A stretch of DNA of 59,217 nucleotides, counting the filler, from Sphacelaria rigidula (lineage: Eukaryota): the NCBI GenBank assembly GCA_964200075.2. It is 9 parts of 9 records of this genome, joined end to end, with 100 filler letters (N's around TTAATTAATTAA, not from the genome) between each part and the next. Parts side by side here need not be neighbours in the genome. Positions count along the whole stretch, not along the records: positions 32,957 to 39,447 come from CAXNAA020019763.1; positions 39,548 to 46,037 come from CAXNAA020019764.1; positions 46,138 to 52,627 come from CAXNAA020019765.1; 6 more parts are not named here. The stretch is one strand, 5' to 3'. How positions within the stretch are numbered: the stretch's first letter is position 1; each line of letters opens with the position of its first letter. A program made the position numbers and the translations under genes. Below, piece after piece: positions 36,201-49,514 of this stretch. Below the pieces are notes generated by a model that worked only from the letters and a program-made list of their open reading frames with translations, had not been told where the DNA came from and searched no databases.

Positions 36201-37600
36201 CGAAGGAGGAAATGCCACGGTGTGGTCCACGACATTTGTAGGAGAAAGCTTCTACCTGAAGTGTTGATCGTCGAACTATCGAACCATCGCGGTCTCCACT
36301 CACATGCCCCGCATGTCTCCGCTTGCCATGGCTTCCTCTCGCCGCACCTGAGCGGCATCGAACGCTTCTCGCCTGAGGTCTCCTCCTACAAAGTCCTTCA
36401 CATCTGCGTAGGTCGTGTCGGAACCGCAGATAGATCCCAAAAGAGCCCGACGAAGTTGCCAGCCGTCGTTGGTGGCGATGACCTGTGGCGATGGTAGCTC
36501 CGCCCAAAGCGCACGAAAGCTATCGCCGATTGCCCATCCCCCGTTTCTCTTCTCCTCATCTTCTATCAGTTTATCGTCTACGAGGGCTCGCAACCGTGGG
36601 TGGCTTCGCAGGAAAGACCGTGGTCAACAAGGTCCGTCTTTTCGCCCACTCCTTCTCGTGAGTGTTCACCTGCTGGAGAAAGACCTCCACTGCCCTGCGG
36701 ATGTCAGCCTTGAATCTCCACCGCGACGAGGAGCTCATTTTCTTTGTTTCATGTTGCCCCACCCCCCTGGATGCGACGGTAGATGCATCGAGGGAAGTCT
36801 CTCAGTTTACCCACGGTGACACAACCACGGCGCAACACGTCGTTCGGCAGGCCACGCGTGATTCCTGGGGTGAGCATCCACACGCTCGTAACGGCTTCTG
36901 AGACGGAGAGCATATACGAGTGTGCCAGTCGTTGTTCCGTACACACACGTTTTTGCGTGAGCTCCTCATTTGAGGAAATGTCGTGGTCCATGGTCGCCGA
37001 CATGGCAACATGTCGGAAAGTTGCAAACGTGACAGGATTGCGTTTCTATCCGCCGATGAGCTCGTGTACGCCTGTCTTGATTGATCAAATAATACGACTA
37101 CTCTCTTGGTCGGTGTACGAAGAAAAATAGAATCGCATGTTGACGAGGACGGTGAACTTCAGGCGGCGGACTTCATGTCGTCTCGTGTCTTCTCTGTGGG
37201 CGAGGAGGTTGGATTTTTTATGAGCCTATTGTGGGATATCTCCTCAGGTAAGGAGCCTCTTTCTCGTGTAGCAGATTTATCACGGTTAGCGGGTTGTAAT
37301 TCGGTCGGTACGACCCGGGTTCGGCACCTGACGCATATGCAGTGGATATGCGTTGAGCCCTGTGAGTGATACAACAATCGTGTGTGTGTGGGGGGGGGGG
37401 GGGGGGGGGGGGGATGCTGCATAACGAACAATGTACCGTGGGCGCGCGAGAGGCCGACTTGGCGCACTCATCGCAGTGTGCTCGCGCGCCGCGGGTGCAC
37501 GTTCTCTGACGATCGTTGTGAAAAACGATGTTTCGCTGGTTGTTACCGACGGTGGATTGCGTTCCAGCACGACTATTTACCGTTGTCGATGGTGCGTGGG
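33211..37600 (-). pseudogene. Intron-containing Sola2-type DDD transposase, frameshifted
   Basis: Catalytic-like motifs VVLVVDFQE..QDQVQSQHW (D ~33823), IIFSDNCGKQSK (D ~33572) and HYFGPSHDKNSSDSEGAVTK (D ~33419). Upstream Cys-rich region SCLCATC..CTCDCDLC..CITGYCVEC (34737-35255) and RKLRSDR. Intron 33985-34564 (CAG|GTAC..ctgcAG|GCA), donors at 33210 (GTAAGT) and 35813 (GTGAGT). Confidence 0.8.
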
Positions 37601-38992
37601 ATAGTGACAAATCTTTGATCCGTGTGTGTGGATCTTGACCATTGCACCGCTAATTTTTCATCCGAACTACGGCTATGTGAGATCTAACTCGTCGTATTAA
37701 TGTTTCCGAAACGTTTCTCGACTTTTTGGAGGTAGACCTACGGTTTCGTTGGTTCGCAATTCGGTCGTGACCTTTAACTACGATTCTGCAAAGCACTACA
37801 CCACAGCATGAAGTGCGGACACTCACGGGCGATTTGATGTCCTTCGACGCATATTACGTCGAACTTTCGTATATACGGTTGAGAGGCTGAACATGTGGAC
37901 GTGTTCAAATCCAGGGTTGATTGGTATTCATGAGCCTACTGTCCTCACGCAGAAACGCCGCGACTACAGTTTCGACGCCGCCTCTCACGGCAGACGGAGC
38001 AACGGAACTTTCGAGCAGATGCGCAATATATCGAAAATACCATTCATGATTCTCGGAAGAAGTGAAATAGTCTCATGTGGCTATTGCCGTAGGCGCCCTG
38101 TAGTGTGTATACAAACTTGTTCTCACCTTGTCTCTAACGTGTTCGTGTCGTGGGCGCCCAAGACCATCGTCGGATCTGATTGGAGCAAAGGGCCGGAGAA
38201 GCAATATTCCCCCTCTCCTGTGCCAGCCACCGCCCTGCCGGATGATTTTTCGGCATCACTCTCGGCCGTTTCCATTACATCGGGGAAATGAAAATGATAT
38301 TCACATGTCGGTCGCCTCTGGTGTGATGACGGTCTCGCCGTCCCGGTTAAGTGGGTGCGGCGGTTGGCAGAACGGTCAGATGAATCACTGGTATGGTGTT
38401 CTGGCATATACCTACTATTCTAGCACGGGTTACGTGTGCATGTGACCCGCCATTATTTTTCGAGAAAGAGACTTTTTGAATAACAGGGTTAGCATCATTT
38501 GTGGAAGCCTAATGACGTTCGCCAACAAAAAATTCGCGACATGGTATGCCAGCGAAGCTCCGCGAAGGGCACAGATTCAGGCCCGCTGAACTTTCGACAG
38601 ACAGCACGAAATGGTTGGTGTCTGAGATTTACGGGTCGACATCGGGGGGGGTTAGAGCAGCCCAGATATAACAACCAACACTACGGTGTACAGGAAACGA
38701 TGCGAGCAAAATGACCGCATTGAATGCTCGTGTCGATGCCCCACACTCAAGAACAGGGCTGATGGTTTTCTCCCAGTACGTTGGTTTCCTGTGTAAATAT
38801 GTTTTTGAGACAATATCGGGCTAGTCGCCGAGGCGTTTCAGGGCTGCCAACCATGAAGGACAATATGGACGCGTGAATAATCGGAACACTTTCTGTTGGT
38901 TCGGGCAGATGTGACACATAATCGATCGATGTTGACATCCTTTCACTTGCGTCGGTTCCGACCTAGAGCTGCCGATTGGCCACATCGGTGGC

Positions 38993-39185
38993 CAGTGTTG
39001 TGAACCGAAAAGCTGAAAATGGCTCGGTCGGTTTTTCGTTTTTTTTCGAAAAAGTCGGTCGGTTTCGGTCGGTTTTTTGAAAAAAAACGAAAAAAAACGA
39101 AACCGAAACCGAGCACTTCTCGGTCGGTTTTTCGGTCGGTTTTCGACGAAACTAAAAAACAAAACTATTTTTCGAATTTTCGAAG
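38993..39185 (+). mobile_element. hAT-like transposon end with subterminal TCGGT/ACCGA repeats
   Basis: Terminus CAGTGTTGTGAACCG followed by dense tcggtcggtttt and aaaccgaaaccg motifs in both orientations. Confidence 0.6.
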
Positions 39186-39547
39186 ACCTCGTTGCGCAAT
39201 ACGGGCAGTTGGCATTATTATGTGACGAGTGACGAGATGGATCGTATGATAGCGGTGTCCAGTGGCCTTCCTGCCTATACCTCCGGCCGCTGCGCCAGAT
39301 GATATGCACACTCGACACTACTGCATAGTCTAGTGTAGATACAACTTCCGCCATAAGTGTCATGAGGCTCCAAATTCCTCGAAGCTGGAAATTGTTTTAA
39401 GGGGGATGTGAGATGTGAGCATGAATAAGCACTGTGTAGGCTGAGGGNNNNNNNNNNNNNNNNNNNNNNNNNNNNNNNNNNNNNNNNNNNNTTAATTAAT
39501 TAANNNNNNNNNNNNNNNNNNNNNNNNNNNNNNNNNNNNNNNNNNNN

Positions 39548-41024
39548 TGGTGTCACGGTCAAGCTAGGCTCTTCCGTTAAGAACGGGCGGTTGTCGCATC
39601 ATCGATGGCTGGTCCAAGCAACGGATATGTCTCGTGACTGAAAGCTGCACAGAAAGGCAGCACTAATGTACAGCTTGGTATTTCGTTTGATGAGATCTTG
39701 TCAAATCGGAGCGCTACGTGGATTTGAAGACGAGCACTGAGTTGCCGATTACCACGATGTGTCATAGTAGTAGGCTAGTTTACCGGAGTTGGGCTACAAG
39801 TGTTCATGCTTGACACATCTTACAAGTATCGCTACCCGTACCCGTACCCCCGAAACCCTAACCCACCGCGAACCGGAAACCCTCGGACAAGGGCGGCACA
39901 TAACATTCCCTTGGCAAAATGCGGCCTTTGCAGACCCTAAATCAGCTCCTGTGGCGCCGATTTCGACGAAAACGCGTTCTGCGCACACGTGGAGCACACC
40001 GGACTGTCAGCCGTACTGAAGATCGATTCTCGTCGTATACACTCTAATCAAGTAATATCAACGATGGACATTTGTAGGCCAACGCTGGTTATCTCTGCTG
40101 GCACAACTCGCGACATAACGTCAGTTCGAACGAGGTAAAGGAAAGTGAGCTTCTTAGGCAGCCCAACCGCTACTACATCATGGTAGCAGCGGAGAAGGAA
40201 GAAGATGGGTGTCATGATGTTCGGGTTGGTTGAGCAGTTAGTTTGAAGTACTCCCAAGGACGATTCACGCGAGCTCGGTGGGGTGTGCGTGCGTTCAGCG
40301 ACTTACGCCCATCAGTGTTTTGTTCCTGTTTCTATATGCCTGACCGCCAGTACTGTATCCGTTGCTTGGACCAGCCATCGATGATGCGACAACCGCCCGT
40401 TCTTAACGGAAGAGCCTAGCTTGACCGTGACACCAGCCCCGAGATCGGAATAGTACGGTGTTCCACCACCTCCCGCATCACAAAAGACCGACGCGTTGTG
40501 AGTTGTGAGTTCAGTTGTTGTGTCGATGCGGAGAGACTCGGGAACCATTTCCGGGGAGAAAGGGGCGTGGTCGTTGTGGCGACCGTGAACGACAAATGAG
40601 CGCGAAAAGGGCCGAATATGTGAGCGCCATGGTTGGAGTTGGCGCGTAGACTCCCTGGTAAAGTGTTGAGAGCGATGGCCCAGCAGAGGTACGTTCTCGG
40701 CCGATCGGTGGGCCAGATAAGGTACGACTGACAAGGAATTCCTAGATCAGGTATACCTCGGCGAAATGTGGCCAACAAAAGGTAAGCGGTTTCTGGAGGC
40801 GAAATGTCCGTTTTCGCGTGGCCATGTATCTCGAGTAACCTGTTTTTTATCCGTTTTTTTTCGAGTCCCGGGTGCCAATGCCCCCCGCGAATGATGTGCG
40901 TGAAAAATCCGGAGCGAAAACGGTGAAAATGGCGTGTTTGGCTGTTTTCGCTATTCTGGCCATTTTTCGTACCTTTCCTAGAATAGGCAAAAAACGAGAA
41001 GGTATACCTTTTCTAGGCCATTGC
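39548..41024. mobile_element. Long-inverted-repeat element remnant; arm ~40455-41024 has a diverged inverted copy at ~45190-45770
   Basis: 39548-39627 is the exact reverse complement of 40356-40435. About 570 bp aligns by eye, inverted, to 45190-45770. Confidence 0.6.
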
Positions 41025-41230
41025 CCTTTGTTTTTTTATCGCGAGAGGGGTTCAGTACTCCCTTTCCCTCGTCGGCCATTAAGTTGACTTTTTCATGTAC
41101 CCACAACACAGCCGCACTCCACTGTTGGGCATTGTGTGAGAAAAAGAATCCAGATCGCTCCGAGATTCGAACCCACGACCCAACCGTCAGAAGGTGTCGA
41201 GGTTACCAACTGAGCCACTGGGACGATCGA
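41025..41230 (-). mobile_element. tRNA-derived SINE, 5' part; head-only copy at 46138-46220(-)
   Basis: Minus strand reads gtggctcagttggtaacctcgacaccttctgacggttgggtcgtgggttcgaatctcgg (A and B boxes), followed by the body shared with 50549-51065. Confidence 0.85.
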
Positions 41231-42699
41231 ATTCTGCGGCCAATAACACCCCTTCGATCAGTCGCGTTTTACTCCGTATCGTTCCGACAAAACAAACTTG
41301 GCTAAAATATGTCTTGAGCACGACCTGCTACTTTTTTCAACGCCCGCGGAATCCACAACTCTCGAGTGATGAAGGTGACAAATCGCCTGTGAATAGCTCC
41401 CTATTGAGTGAACACCATTTTGAAGGTTTGACTGCTGCATGTTATACGGCACGGTTAACACACGGACACATGTTGACGTACTGAACTACCGTTCTCTACC
41501 GTCTTTTGATGTCCTTTTCGTCGGTAAGAGGAAAGCAGCCACATGAGCAACGGGGCGCACTAGACCGGCCTCAACCAGCCTCAACTTGTTATAGACAAAG
41601 GAAGTGCAGTCGAACTCGTGAAGTGTACCTGTGATTTACTACGTACAGCTTCTATCCTTGCTTCAGGTACTATCGCCACCATCTTCTGGAAGCCTCGCGT
41701 GTTGCAGCGTACTCCCCGCAGGGTTGAGAGAGGAAGACGACAGAAACAATTGGCAGGTCCTGTCGTACATTAGAGTAGAGGATGCAAGGTATAACAGACA
41801 GATGTGTCGACTGTACCGTACCTGTACTGTCTTCACTCTGCTTGCACTTCACTTGAGTTCGATATCTGTGTTGCTACTTTTACGAGCACAACCAACTCAC
41901 CCTTCAACAAAAAAGTACCAAAGCTGAAGAGCAGTACTCTATCCCTCCTCCAGGGCACAGTCCTAGTCCCATCCCACGGAGAGCACTAACTGCAAAGGTT
42001 CTGCCGTTTGTAGAGGCGCGGCGGAATTTCGAATTCCGGTAAGAACCGAACTAGTTTGGTTCTGAATCATCGTCCCGTCCCAGCTACGCCGTACAGGTGT
42101 TGCAATTTTTCAAGACAACAGGTACTGTAGCAGTAGTGCAACAGTCGCCCCGCTGATAGTGCTTGTCCAGCCCAGTTTACCTGAATACCATGCGCCTGAA
42201 TGGTGAGGTTACTACTGATAAGAAGAGCAAAAATGATTCATCGGGGGACTCCGTCAGCATGCTCCAGCCCAGAAAATGTCCCCGACAGTCTTCCAGGATG
42301 CTGTGGACTCCGCTGGAGTTTCTCCTTGTGAGTCTTTTCAAATTGATTTCTCGTAGCCGTGTACATGAGAATTGAAGAGCGGAAAATGTTCGTCGGTGGA
42401 AAATGGTTCGCAAATCCATATGAAATACGATGCCTACGTGTTCTTGTCAGCAGCAGAATTATTTTAGCACGAATCCATGATGTTGGGGAGTGAATGTTAG
42501 CCAACAGCAGTCCGTTGAAGGGCAGCGGCCGATACAGCAGCTGGAACACTGTGTCTCAAATTTATCGTCAGTATATTTTGGAGACCAAAAACCTACAACA
42601 TGTACGAGTAGCCACTGGACGGCCACGCTCCGCCACGACAAGTGAAAGCAGCAGTATCGTCGCTTTGAGCCATTTCGTGCGGATTCGACCTGTCCTATG

Positions 42700-42996
42700 A
42701 TATAATATCAGACTCGTTGGCTCGTTGTTGTGAGCTCAGCTGGATCCCCAAGACACTCTGATCATCACGTCTCTCACATGCGACTTTAGTCCCGCAGCAC
42801 CTCAAAAGGATCTTTGAACTCTCTGAAATCGAGTGCAATACGAGCTGAGAATATCATGTCAGACTCGTTGGCTCGCTGTTGTGACTCAGCCGGATTCCCA
42901 AGACACTCTCATCAAGTCTCTCACATGCGACTTTTGTCCCGCAGCACCTCGAAAGGGTATTCGGACTCTCTGAAATCTGAGCGCAATACGAGCTGG
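42700..42996 (+). repeat. Tandem duplication of ~150 bp
   Basis: tcagactcgttggctcg..ccaagacactct..tctctcacatgcgactt..ctctctgaaatc..caatacgagctg occurs twice. Confidence 0.9.
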
Positions 42997-44110
42997 GTCA
43001 GCCAACAACAGTGGGTAGTTTTCTCGCTCAAGCGACGCACGGCGTTAAATTAAGAGTTGGACGCTGAAATTCTGACAGCAGCTTGTCATGATCGACGCGC
43101 AGAAAATCCTGAGAGCAGCAACGAAAAAAGGGGAAAAAAAGGAACTTATGGGGATTTGAAACTTCAGCAAAAACAAGATACACGTCGTAGGTCCAGGAAA
43201 AAAATGAGAATCTGCAGCTGCTCCTGGGATGTATCATTTCCTTGGGAACAGAAAGCCTTCGTGAAATTTCAGCTCAAGAGTCCAGTCGTCGAAATGGGCC
43301 GTGCGTGCAACGTTTTGCGTGACGCTCCTGCACCCCACATATGTCCAGTGCGGGGTGATTGCTGACGTGAACCCACAAAAAAAAACGCACTCCGACACGA
43401 CGATATCAGACGTACCTTATACTCTATGCAGTAGAATAACGTCATCGGCAATATGACGACAATCGAACAACGATGCAGTCCTTTGTTATCAGGTGGGTCC
43501 GCAGTTCACAGTGATATGCTTACATCGGATTCATTCGGGAAACTCGGAAAGCTGTGGTGAGGGCAACTTTTATCCGCTTTTAACCCTTAGACCGCGAGGG
43601 TAGTCTTTCTGGATCATGCGTTCTTTTTTCAAGTGAAATTGATGCCGATTCAACAGATGACCTACTCTCGCTGTCCAAGGGTTGACCCTTACACCGCGAG
43701 GGGAGTCCATCTGGATCATGCATACTTCCTTCGAGTGAAATTGATGCCGATTCAGCAGATGACCTACTCTCGCTGTCCAAGGGTCAACCCTTAGGCCGCG
43801 AGGTTAGTCTTCTGTTGAATCGGCATCAATTTCAAGTGAAAAAAAGTATGCATGATCCAGAAGGACTAATCTCGCGGTCTAAGGGTTGACCCTTTGATGG
43901 CGAGAGTAGGTCTTGTGGTGAATCGGCATCAATTTCACGTGAAAGAAATGTGCGTGATCCAGATGGACTAGCCTCGCGGTCTGAGAGTTAACCCTTGGGC
44001 CGCGAGGTTAGTCTACTGTTGAATCGGCATCAATTTCAAGTGAAAAAAAGTATCCGTGATACAGAAAGACTAATCTCGCGGTCTAAGGGTTATTAACCTG
44101 GCCCAGCTCG
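42989..44110. mobile_element. Mariner-type MITE copy containing the piggyBac-like MITE array
   Basis: ta|cgagctgggtcag ... ctggcccagctcg|ta. Confidence 0.7.
43584..44089. mobile_element. Array of five 98-bp piggyBac-like MITEs
   Basis: Units 43584-43681, 43686-43783, 43788-43885, 43890-43987, 43992-44089. CCCTT..AAGGG termini (unit 4 ends GAGAG). Preceded by TTAA and separated by TTGA, TCAA, TTGA, TTAA. Confidence 0.85.
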
Positions 44111-47100
44111 TACAGTCTTGCGCGAAAATAAAAGGAAGACGAAAAAGCCCTGTCAAAAGGCGGTGGGTCCATGGGTATGGTCCAAATTTCATAACGCATA
44201 CACTAATTATGAGTAATTTAATTGAAATTATCACCAGTCACTTACGTTTCATAACGCATTTTATAACGCAAACTTGATTTTAGTACAGACTCCGTCACAC
44301 TCGTGTTCACCGGTCTTGTGTAGCCCGCAGCTGCAGTACAGGACCGTGCTGCGGAGAGATGGTATCCAGGACAACAACGGCCTCACAAGGGGTGCTTTAT
44401 CTTCCTGTATACGGGTTGATTTACCAAACGTTCGCTATGAGCGTTGTCGTGCCTGCAATATGGTTGCGGTGGCCGGGGTTGGTGTTGCAGTCTCCATTTG
44501 CGCTCAGCTCCTTCTCCTGTATCCTCCACGGCTTTGGATACGGGCCGGGCATGAGATAAGACGGTGCTATCGTCGTCGTTGTGCGTTGTTTAATGCTCCC
44601 GGACGGCACAACCCTGAGAAAAGGATGATATCAGCATCTATTCTGCTGGCTCCATATTGTTAGCCTTCGTGCTTTTGTTCTGGATGGCTCGTGTTGATCC
44701 GTGCCGTATAGACAGTACTCACGCGATGCCCACCGCATGGCCAGGGTCGGCGCATCTTGCGGTAATGATATAGTCGGTGCCGCGACAGAAATTATTTAGA
44801 GATGCAGTGGCGGAGACGACCAAGCATTATACACACCAAACATAGGGCAGCTAACGTAAACATGTATCACCCTTGCGTGTGCAACCCCGTGTACTAGAGC
44901 ACCGCCCCCTTTCGAAGGTGTACCGTAAGCTTGCTTCATGATGACATGGTGCTTGAGAAAATATCGTCGATATACTCTCCTGGGCTGTAGCCAGCGGGCG
45001 GAGGGAAATGAAGCCCAGACCGGGCCTGGACATGCAAAACTTCAAACAACTCAATCTTGTTGACCTCTCTGCGGTACATGGGGCTTGAGTAGTGCACGTG
45101 TGTACACCAACACAGGAATCCCGGGTTGAATCCGTTCGAGAATCATGTAAAACAACGAAAAAATAGCTGATTTGAGTTTAATCAGTTGTGCAATGGCCTT
45201 GAAAAGTATAACTTCTCGTTTTTTGTCTTGACATGGTACGAAAAACGGCCGGAAACGCGAAAACAGCCAACCACGCCATTGAGACCGTTTTCGCTCCGAA
45301 ATTTTCATTCACATCATTCGAGGGGGGACGTGGCACTCGGGCCTCGGAAAAAAAACGGGGGAAATAGACATGTCACTCGCGACATATGGCCACGCGAAAA
45401 CGGACATCTCGCCTCCACAAATCGCTTCACCTTTGCAGGCCAAATTTCGCTCAGGTATACCTGATTCAGGAATTATTTTTCAACCGTACCTTATCTGAGC
45501 CACCAATCGGCCGAGAACGTACCTGTCCTAGGCCATCGCTTTCTACACTGTACCTGATGCGGCACATCACGCGCAAGGGAGTCTACGCGCCAACTCCAAC
45601 CATGGCGCCCACACATTCGGCTCTTTTCCCGCTCCTTTGCCGGTCACGGTCGCCACAACGCCCACGCCCCTTTCTCTCCGGAAATGGTTCCCGAGTCTCT
45701 CCGCATCGACACAACAACTGGACTCACAACTCACAACGCGTCGGTCTTTTGTGATCCGCGGGGTTGTGGAAATGTAGCGTTCAGTATGAAAGCGGTGTTT
45801 GCGTAGGCGTTTACGAATTCTGACAATGTGGGACGTACGTACAGAAAAGTTGTACGGTGTCTGTTCTTGTTTCCCAGCTGCAGTGCCGCTGCCAGTAAAA
45901 AAGTTGGCCGTCGCAGCTAGGTTGCCGCACACACGAGTACAGATACCATCACCAGCAACAAGTAGCATTCATCTAGCAGCGGCCGACTGGTATATGCAGC
46001 ACAAGTAGGGAGGAGTAGGCACGAACTAGCGCGCTTCNNNNNNNNNNNNNNNNNNNNNNNNNNNNNNNNNNNNNNNNNNNNTTAATTAATTAANNNNNNN
46101 NNNNNNNNNNNNNNNNNNNNNNNNNNNNNNNNNNNNNTCCAGATCACTCCGGGAATCGAACCCCCCACTCAACCATCAGAAGGTTATGAGGTTACCAACT
46201 AAGCCACCGGGGCGACCGGCTCGTGTGCTGAAGACGGAATTACTCACAACAAAAGGCCCTGTGTCCTCGGCATATCGTATGAGCAGGTTGCCGCTATCGT
46301 TCTGTACATTGCACTCGTAGGCACCCACCGCCATACTGCTGATGCAATATCTATCTATCTCGTTAGGGCGGGTCTCCGCATCCATCAGTACAAACATATG
46401 GTTTTGGGGGGATGTTGCGCTTTCGTACGGATCGTTGTCGCCCAACAGAGGGAAAGATCGTGGATAATAACACGCCCCTTATGAGTATTATGACTCTGCA
46501 CACCATTTTAATTTTGGTCGCGCGTAACGCCATGATACCTATTGCGCCTCGTGGTTACCGAGCCGATGCTCCAGTGTCTGCTGATTGAAAGGGGTAAGTC
46601 GTGTGAGATAACCACACCCTAGAATATCTTTGATTTTGCTTCAAACCTCATTGAACCGATGTCGCATGGCTTCCTTGTTCTTTTCCTGTATGGCTAGACG
46701 CGGCGCATAACGAGATGTTCACCACACGCCTACATCCAGGTACCAGGAAGCTAGCAGCCATGTCCTCTCCAGTTTGAAGAGTCTACTTATACCTACTTCC
46801 CTGACTGTGGGATATGCAGGAAGCACTGGACGAGAGAATCTGCACAAGCAATGCCCGGGAATATAGCCCACACTCCAAAACATGCGTCAAGAAAACACTC
46901 CTCGAGAGTTAGAACGCGCCCTTGCACGAAGTTGTGGGTTTGAAATTTTGTGCTAAAATGATGGAGGTACGCTGTACATGTTCCATCCCACCATCAACAA
47001 TGCTCAGCTTCTCTCCTTCGCTGCCTGCTGTCTCTCTTGGTAGCAGCCTCCCTCCCTCCGCCCCATGCAGCCCATGATCGGCGTAGCACGTACTTCATCT

Positions 47101-48119
47101 CTACTCCCACCCTCGTGCGCGCGCTCTCTCTGTTTCGCTCGCTATCTTCGCAGTCATTGTACTCTCAATTGCTTGTTTGCCTTGTCTACAGGCAGTGCAT
47201 GTACGACAGACTGAAATACTGTACTGAAATGTCTGTACGGTCACAGAGAGCACCAAACCTTCAGCTAATTATTGTCCCACCGTCTACAAAGATCACTTGC
47301 GTCGTGACCATCATATTCTGCAGGTTGGAAGTCTCGAGGGCGCGGCAGCGGGCTGTGAACAGACGGTACGGTGTGATTAAGTGACAAACAGTGACACGAG
47401 AAACAATGCCGCCGAAGAGGGGATCAAAGGCAGGGGGTACTGCAACCGACCCCAAGCTGTGCCGCCATGGAGGTCCGCGTGCTACCAGCCACATCCTAGA
47501 GGTATGTGCACAATTACCGTGCATATTACGAAAGTGGTCAAGCACATACGCGGTCAAGGCAAAAGTTTCGCAGGCTCATTTCTGACTTGAATCGGGAAAA
47601 ATTTTATACTTCGACACAATATTTGGTGGAGACGCCAAATCCGAGGTGTCTTTTGCGATACCCACCCTCTTTGCACTGCGAAACGGCCATCCCGAGACAG
47701 ATTATCCGAAAAGGCAAATGAAGTGACAGCGCTTGGACCGACGGGTCCTGACAAATTCATAGAAAATTTGGACCGACTTGCGGACGAATGTTGCCCCGCA
47801 TTTGTGTCGGCTGTTTCAGTACATTTGAGGCGTCAAGCGTAGAAAAAATAGTGCATGACACGTCAATTGGTATAGAAATTACTTCAAAGCATTGATGAAG
47901 TGTAATGTGGAGGTCGGGCCCGCGAGTCTTTCCAATGATGGCGAAGTAGCCCCCCGGGGTGGTATCCACCGTTTAGTCCCATCGCAACAAACAGCGGTGC
48001 CCTCTGTCTACCGCAGGGGTGCATATAATAGTAATAGTGTCGATGGTTTCATGATAGGAGTACAACTGTACCTCTCATGCGTTCAGAAGCATCGTGTTGT
48101 CCGCTCGTGAATGGCTAAT

Positions 48120-48680
48120 ACGTCAAATAACACCTCCGGGTCAGGGTTTTGGGGGGAAAGATATGCCCATCTCATTGTCGGGGAGGAGAAGAGTGATGTC
48201 AGATCAGCGAGGAGGAGGCATATATTATTTTGACCACCCGTGCGTTCAGGGGCATCGCCAGTCACGTTTGAACAGGCCCTGACGGTAGGTTATAACCCAA
48301 ACCCAAGCGCGTACATTGGGAGGGGATGGGACAATATCTCCCCCGGAGTGTCTGTAGTCACGTTCAGAAAAAGGAGTACAGTATGACTACTTGGGGTAGA
48401 TTGCCGTCAGTGACGAAGATGTTGGGTAACACTCTCGTTCCCACTGAGAATGTTTGGGGAGGAGATACATTTATGCTACTGTATCCCCGGAAAATGGGAT
48501 GGGGGGCGGGAAGAGTTTTCCAACAGTAGATAGGGTGAAAATGTTCGAACAACGTCTCCCGCGTATTCAGGAGCGTCGCCATTCGTATTTAATGGGCCCT
48601 GGGGATAGATTATAACCCCTGCGTATACTTTGGGAAGATATGAGAACAGTGTTTCCACAGTATTTCTCCCGGGGTGTGTA
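48120..48680. repeat. Two diverged tandem copies of an unclassified repeat; two more at ~51170-51440 and ~51480-51605
   Basis: Shared core gc(a/g)tcgcca(ttcgt) at 48252, 48573, 51329 and 51508, plus ggggcgggaagagt and tgggaggggatgg blocks. Confidence 0.65.
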
Positions 48681-49514
48681 TGAGCTGGACCAATCTAGAG
48701 AACGGACTTGAACTGTCATGGCCGTATCTCATCGACGCAGACGAAGTGGGCCATGGCCCCCACATGGTGTTAATTGTCTAAGCCAGGGGCAGATGCTAAG
48801 CTACTGAACAGTCCGGTCAGATGCTTTCTTGTTGATAAAATGCCATATCGAGTGAATCCCGTGACATTAGGAGATATCTCAGAGCGAAAGTCCAAACGTA
48901 ACCCCGTCACATCTAATTTCTGTAGCGTGTTGCGCTAATTTTTTCTCTGGGAACATTTCTTGGGGCATGGGGAAACGAAAGATACCTTCACCTTGACCTA
49001 TTTGATTCGTTCCTGATCGGGAAATGTGGCGTATTTTTTATTCCGTACTCATGTTAAGATATTACACTAGCTGCACTATATACGTATTTGGCAGCTTAGC
49101 TGCGGGAAATGTGCTTGTAAATTTAGTGCGGAGAATCGCTACGTTTAAGCGAGAGCCATGAACGTTGGCTGCAGCCGATCTAACCCAGTACAGAGGGTTT
49201 GTAGGTTATAGCTTCTCACTCGATGTAGGAGGTACGGAGCGTGTGGGAACGCGGCGTGAACTTGGAGTAGTGAGCCTTGCGAAGTGAGACTGGAGACAAG
49301 GTACAGAGTGAGAGACAGTGGGCGCGGGACGCTGCGCCCGGAGTGAGGAGCATGACCATCGTACGGACTGGACATCCGAGGATGACGGTCCCGGAGTTGC
49401 TAAGCCCGGCTTCACGGGCCGGGTTGACGGGCCCGGCCTATTCATAAGCGGGTGGGGTGATACTGAGGTGGTAAACACAGCACCCCCCACTTACATCGCT
49501 GTTAGCCGGCTACT

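Noticed and set aside
42180..42660. Possible second transposase remnant
   Set aside because: Only a vague motif resemblance with many stops; not supportable.
43584..44089. Integron cassette array or CRISPR
   Set aside because: Units are homologous along their whole length, carry no cargo, and have piggyBac-type ends.
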